A stretch of DNA of 64,000 bases from positions 32,001-96,000 of the forward strand of contig CAWBOS010000010.1 in assembly GCA_963790475.1 (NCBI GenBank), written 5' to 3'. The position numbers and the translations under genes are program-made. The notes beneath the pieces were generated by a model, which saw only the letters and a list, made by a program, of their open reading frames with translations, had not been told where the DNA came from and ran no database searches. This document shows positions 60,012-64,000 of this stretch, one piece after another. How positions within the stretch are numbered: position 1 is the stretch's first letter; every line of letters begins with the position of its first letter. The stretch comes from an uncultured delta proteobacterium. GTDB taxonomy: Bacteria; Desulfobacterota; RBG-13-43-22.

Positions 60012-60443
60012 ATGAAAATTCTTGGTTTGGATCTGGGTGGCAAGAACATCGGGGTGGCTATCAGTGATGATCTGACTTTAACCGCCCAGGTTTTGACCTC
60101 CATCAAAAGGACCTTCCCGGAAAAAGACTTGGTTGAAATACTGGCTCTGGCGAAGGAATATCAGGTACGGGAGATCGTCGTTGGTATGCAAATCAAGATG
60201 GACGGCACGAAAGGGAAATCAGCCCTGGAAGTTGAAGAATTCATCGAGAAACTCCATGAAACCTTATTGATTCGAATTATTCCCTGGGATGAGCGCTTTT
60301 CCAATGTTACAGCGGAACGGATTCTTTTGGAAGGAGACCTAAGCCAGAAAAAACGACAAAAAGTGATTGTCAGATTGTCGGCCGCCATTATCCTCCAAGG
60401 CTATCTGAACAGCCGCCGACGGGGAAATGGGCCAGCCTCCTGA
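60012..60443 (+). CDS. ruvX: YqgF/RuvX-family nuclease (degenerate)
   Basis: ILGLDLG...IGVAISD, WDERFS, AAIILQGYL. Confidence 0.85.
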   Translation: MKILGLDLGGKNIGVAISDDLTLTAQVLTSIKRTFPEKDLVEILALAKEYQVREIVVGMQIKMDGTKGKSALEVEEFIEKLHETLLIRIIPWDERFSNVTAERILLEGDLSQKKRQKVIVRLSAAIILQGYLNSRRRGNGPAS

Positions 60444-60506
60444 AAAGGTACCTGGGACTTCTCCTTTTGCTTCCATTATATCATTGAAAGCCTAAGGAGG
60501 TAGCCG

Positions 60507-60650
60507 ATGTTGAAACCATTGGGGGTTTTGGGCAGTGGAGGGATGGGTGGTATCATCAAAGATTCACCTCTGGACATCCTCAAAAGAAGATACGCGCGCG
60601 GAGAGATTGATAGGGAAGAATTTGAAGCAAAGAAGAAAGATCTAAGTTGA
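60507..60650 (+). CDS. Short SHOCT-domain peptide (47 aa, likely truncated; not in the ORF track)
   Basis: AAGGAGG RBS; DSPLDILKRRYARGEIDREEFEAKKKDLS. Confidence 0.7.
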   Translation: MLKPLGVLGSGGMGGIIKDSPLDILKRRYARGEIDREEFEAKKKDLS

Positions 60651-60689
60651 AGCAGGCTTCGAAGCAAGGAATTGATTGACCACAAGTTT

Positions 60690-61886
60690 ATGAAAACAAG
60701 AATTAGCAAACTTTTTGTGGAATTTCTTGAAAGTGAACAGGCTTCAGGAATTCTCCTGATTCTCTGCACAGTGGCTTCAATCATTATTGCCAATTCCTAT
60801 TTTGGAAAAGGATACTCGGGTTTTTGGCGTACCGCAGTTGGTTTTGAGGCAGGAAATATTGCTTTGAAATATAGCGTTGAGTATTGGATTAATGACGGCT
60901 TGATGGCAATTTTTTTCCTGCTGATTGGACTTGAAATTGAAAGGGAACTTTATATCGGGGAACTGTCGGATTTAAAAAAAGCCACTCTGCCTATTTTTGC
61001 CGCCATCGGTGGCATGGCAATCCCCGCTCTTCTTCACTTTTTGTTCAATCAAGGAACCGGAACGCAAGGTGGCATTGGAATTCCAATGGCAACGGACATT
61101 GCCTTCGCACTGGGCGCGCTTGCCCTGTTAGGCAGCAAGGTTCCAGCGTCTCTGAAGGTATTCCTTGCCGCCTTAGCCATCACAGATGACTTGGGGGCAA
61201 TCGTCATTATTGCTCTGTTTTATGTGGGTGACTTCTTTGTTCTGTATCTTGTTTTGGCTTTAGGGGTATTTATGGGACTCTTGGTATTAAATCGTCTCGA
61301 TGTGCTTTGTTTGCCCTTTTACCTAATTCCGGGCGTTATCATGTGGTACTTTATACTCAAATCCGGCATCCACCCCAGCTTTGCGGGCGTCTTGCTCGCC
61401 TTTGTTATTCCGTTTAGGCGTGGTGATGAAAAATCGCCATCCTACAAATTGCAACATTTCCTGCACAAACCAGTGGCCTTTATCATCATGCCGCTTTTTG
61501 CGCTGGCCAATACCGGCATTGCTCTGGCAGGAAACTGGATTGAGGGCCTGGTAACATCAAACAGTTTAGGTATTTTCGCTGGCTTGTTTCTTGGCAAGCC
61601 GCTTGGCATTGCTCTGTTTAGTTTTTTAGGGTTCAGATTGGGCTTATCTCAATTGCCAAACGATATGTCCTGGAAGCACATAGTTGGCGCTGGTTTTCTT
61701 GGAGGTATCGGGTTTACCATGTCAATCTTCATCACGCTTTTGGCCTTTAATGACCCTGAAATCATCCGGAGTTCCAAAACTGTCGTCTTGCTCAGTTCGC
61801 TTTTGGCAGGTACGGCCGGCTATCTTATATTGAATTCGACGGCAACCCGAAAGAGAAGCAGTAAAACGAAAATTGCACCCCGATGA
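60690..61886 (+). CDS. nhaA: Na+/H+ antiporter NhaA
   Basis: WINDGLMAIFF, GLEIERE, GIPMATDIAF, LAITDDLGAI, GIGFTMSIFI. Confidence 0.95.
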   Translation: MKTRISKLFVEFLESEQASGILLILCTVASIIIANSYFGKGYSGFWRTAVGFEAGNIALKYSVEYWINDGLMAIFFLLIGLEIERELYIGELSDLKKATLPIFAAIGGMAIPALLHFLFNQGTGTQGGIGIPMATDIAFALGALALLGSKVPASLKVFLAALAITDDLGAIVIIALFYVGDFFVLYLVLALGVFMGLLVLNRLDVLCLPFYLIPGVIMWYFILKSGIHPSFAGVLLAFVIPFRRGDEKSPSYKLQHFLHKPVAFIIMPLFALANTGIALAGNWIEGLVTSNSLGIFAGLFLGKPLGIALFSFLGFRLGLSQLPNDMSWKHIVGAGFLGGIGFTMSIFITLLAFNDPEIIRSSKTVVLLSSLLAGTAGYLILNSTATRKRSSKTKIAPR

Positions 61887-62024
61887 TTCCATAACAGGCC
61901 TAAGGGCAATGGTCTGAAAAAAGGGTAAGGCCCCGTCATCGAAAGAGGGGGAATATTTGGATTTGATTATTATCAGGAAGCCTATAGAACCTGGGTAAAA
62001 GGTATATTTTTCAAATAAGCAAAA

Positions 62025-63053
62025 ATGAGGGAGAGGATCTTGGGGAGAAAAGAGAAAACCTTTAAGATAAGCCTGGTGATTGGGGTGATCCTTGTTATCA
62101 GTCTGCTTCATTACCTGACTCAAAGACAGGAAAGATATTACCATCTCTTTTATCGAGAACTTTATTTCCTCCCCATGATTCTGGCTGGGATTTGGTTCGG
62201 TCTTCAGGGTGCGGTTTTAACTTCGTTGTTTATAACTATATTATTTCTCCCAATGGTATTTAATGAATGGCAGGGGTTTTCAGTAAACGATTTCGATCGG
62301 ATATTAGAAATTATTCTATTAAATATTATTTCCATTATCTTAGGACTTCTTTCGGACAGGGAGAAGACAGTTCTGAAAACCTTACAGGAGGCTGAAACGC
62401 TGGCGGCATTAGGAGGTGCCATTTCCAATATCGTCCATGACATGAAAATACCCCTGATAGCGATCGGAGGCTATGCCCGATCCGTGAAGCGGAAGCTTAA
62501 AGAAGAGGACCCTAATCGTGAAAAATTGGATGTCATTGTCAGGGAGACCAACAGACTGGAAGAATTGACCCAAGACATATTGGCTTATGCCCGGCCAGTT
62601 CCTTCGAATCGAGTTACGGGTGATTTAAATAAAATGGTCATAGAATGTTGCCGGGTCGCCCGTGAAATAGCCGAACCCAGAGGGGTGAAGATAGAGATTC
62701 ATTCGGTTCAATCACTTCCAGCCATCAATCTTGATCCGAAAGCCATGGAAAGGGCTCTCTTAAACCTGATCTGGAATGCCGTTCAAGCCTCCCCCGAAGG
62801 GGGGGTGGTGGTGGTCAAGACAAATATGGAAGGAAGAGAAGCGGCCATCACCGTAGCGGATGAGGGTCCAGGAATCCCACCTGAGATCAGAAAAGAAATA
62901 TTTTCTCCATTTTTTACCACTAAAAAAGAGGGAACGGGCCTGGGCCTGCCTATCGCTTTAAAGATCTTCAAAGCCCACGGTGGAAGTATTACGGTAACTG
63001 ACAATGAAGAAAAAGGGACAATTTTTAAGGTGATTTTACCCGCAGGAAGATAA
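62025..63053 (+). CDS. Membrane sensor histidine kinase (orphan)
   Basis: N-terminal TM bundle (H.FYRELYFLP), HDMKIPL, NL.WNAVQA, DEGPGIP, PFFTTK..GTGLGL. Confidence 0.9.
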   Translation: MRERILGRKEKTFKISLVIGVILVISLLHYLTQRQERYYHLFYRELYFLPMILAGIWFGLQGAVLTSLFITILFLPMVFNEWQGFSVNDFDRILEIILLNIISIILGLLSDREKTVLKTLQEAETLAALGGAISNIVHDMKIPLIAIGGYARSVKRKLKEEDPNREKLDVIVRETNRLEELTQDILAYARPVPSNRVTGDLNKMVIECCRVAREIAEPRGVKIEIHSVQSLPAINLDPKAMERALLNLIWNAVQASPEGGVVVVKTNMEGREAAITVADEGPGIPPEIRKEIFSPFFTTKKEGTGLGLPIALKIFKAHGGSITVTDNEEKGTIFKVILPAGR

Positions 63054-63079
63054 ACGAAATTGAAGAGAGGTAGTTTTAG

Positions 63080-63277
63080 ATGTTTATCATGATTTTTTTT
63101 GGGGTAGCCTTGATTGTGGGTATCGTTTACTTATCCAGACGGTCGCGGGGTTACACGGAAGGCTTTGGTGGAGATACCCAGGAAGATTCTCCTTTGGATA
63201 TTCTTAAAAAAAGATATGCCAAAAGTGAGATCACTAAAGAAGAGTTTGAGCAAAAGAAAAAGGGCTTGGGATATTGA
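63080..63277 (+). CDS. SHOCT-domain membrane protein
   Basis: TM helix plus DSPLDILKKRYAK.EITKEEF. Confidence 0.8.
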   Translation: MFIMIFFGVALIVGIVYLSRRSRGYTEGFGGDTQEDSPLDILKKRYAKSEITKEEFEQKKKGLGY

Positions 63278-63388
63278 GGAAATAAAAGGAGTTGTACCCT
63301 TGACAGTGGTCTTCGTTGGTGTTAGCTTATATCAGATTATGGGTAATTGACCCATAATAATTAACAAAATAAGAAAATGGAGGTTGCA

Positions 63389-63778
63389 ATGAAAAAAGGT
63401 TTATTTTTGTTAATGATGTTGACCTTAATAGCCGGGACGGCTTGGGGAAAAAATTATGAAGTGACCAAAAAGGCAGATGATTACACCGTAAAAGTTGAAA
63501 TAGATAAAAATCCGCCTATCGTTGGCAATAACAACATGGCCATTACTATTCAAGATGCTTCCGGTAAAAACATTACCGACGCCAAAGTGAAAGTGGGATA
63601 CTCCATGCCACCCATGTCCGGGATGCCGGCGGCGAACTACAAGACCGACGCTGCCCTACAAGGGAATGAATACAAGACCAAGGTGAATTTTTCCATGGCC
63701 GGAAGTTGGAACGTCGAGGTTCAAATAACTGAGCCCTGGAAGGTTAAAAAGGTTAAACTCAATGTGGATGTCAAATAA
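63389..63778 (+). CDS. YtkA/FixH-like secreted Ig-fold protein
   Basis: Signal peptide; NPP.VG.N, D..GK.ITDA.V, YSMPPM.GMP, FSMAG.W.V. Confidence 0.8.
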   Translation: MKKGLFLLMMLTLIAGTAWGKNYEVTKKADDYTVKVEIDKNPPIVGNNNMAITIQDASGKNITDAKVKVGYSMPPMSGMPAANYKTDAALQGNEYKTKVNFSMAGSWNVEVQITEPWKVKKVKLNVDVK

Positions 63779-63817
63779 AGATAATCCAAAAATTAGAAAT
63801 CAAAAAAATCACTTCAA

Positions 63818-63895
63818 GTCATTCCGGCGAAAGCCGGAATCCAGTTTTCCAATGTACCTGAAAGTCTCCTGGACCCCGGTTTTCACCGGGGTGAC
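63818..63895. repeat. REP doublet
   Basis: GTCATTCCGGCGAAAGCCGGAATCCAG...CTGGACCCCGGTTTTCACCGGGGTGAC. Confidence 0.85.
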
Positions 63896-64000
63896 AACTT
63901 TTTTTGGGACCATCAACTATAAGAAAACCGCCCTCTTTTTTCTTGCCTTTTTGTGGAGTACATCGGCCATTGCCTCGGATTTGAGACTCCGGGACCTGAT
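63891..64000 (+). CDS. Possible start of a secreted protein (3'-partial)
   Basis: Open frame with signal-peptide-like KKTALFFLAFLWSTSAIA-SDLRLRDL; start uncertain. Confidence 0.35.
   Translation, partial: MTTFFGTINYKKTALFFLAFLWSTSAIASDLRLRDL

Noticed and set aside
1-64000. tRNA, rRNA, prophage or integron integrase genes
   Set aside because: No recognisable cloverleaf, rRNA, phage structural or tyrosine recombinase motifs by eye; a tRNAscan/HMM run would be needed to exclude them fully

Overview
Bacterial chromosomal window, most likely from an anaerobic Desulfobacterota/deltaproteobacterium (inferred from gene content). 1-12.8 kb is an energy-metabolism cluster: large HdrA, selenocysteine-containing MvhD, MetV-MetF, a split HdrA plus HdrA-MvhD pair, HdrC, an inserted REP-flanked RAYT transposase, HdrB, an ESGKW-type lipoyl-carrier (GcvH/LbpA-like) and a GlcD-GlcF-like FAD/FeS/CCG oxidoreductase. 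The 4.9-10.4 kb part carries about 14 frameshifts, all +1, which look like assembly errors. 15-23 kb is an accessory/defence patch: a Phd-RelE toxin-antitoxin pair, then an integrase-less integron-like cassette array (attC sites) holding an unknown HNH/Zn protein, GmrSD and a complete Gabija system. 23-36 kb holds acyl-CoA and housekeeping genes and an MNT-HEPN toxin-antitoxin pair. 36-64 kb is a mosaic redox/metal-stress island: a decaying CheB-CheR-PAS kinase unit, two copies of a [Sec-rhodanese - MarR - Pal-like] module (one heading a 7-heme cytochrome c / Rieske / cytochrome b / PCYCGC-like operon), an OmpR-type two-component system with two secreted Gly/Met-rich proteins sharing an 11-bp periodic operator, a Ser/Thr kinase-PP2C pair, ClC, NhaA, three SHOCT proteins and a YtkA/FixH-like protein. 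Three UGA-readthrough selenoprotein genes missed by the ORF track all have a hairpin starting exactly 16 nt after the UGA. No rRNA, tRNA or CRISPR array was seen. All family assignments come from motif recognition, not database searches.
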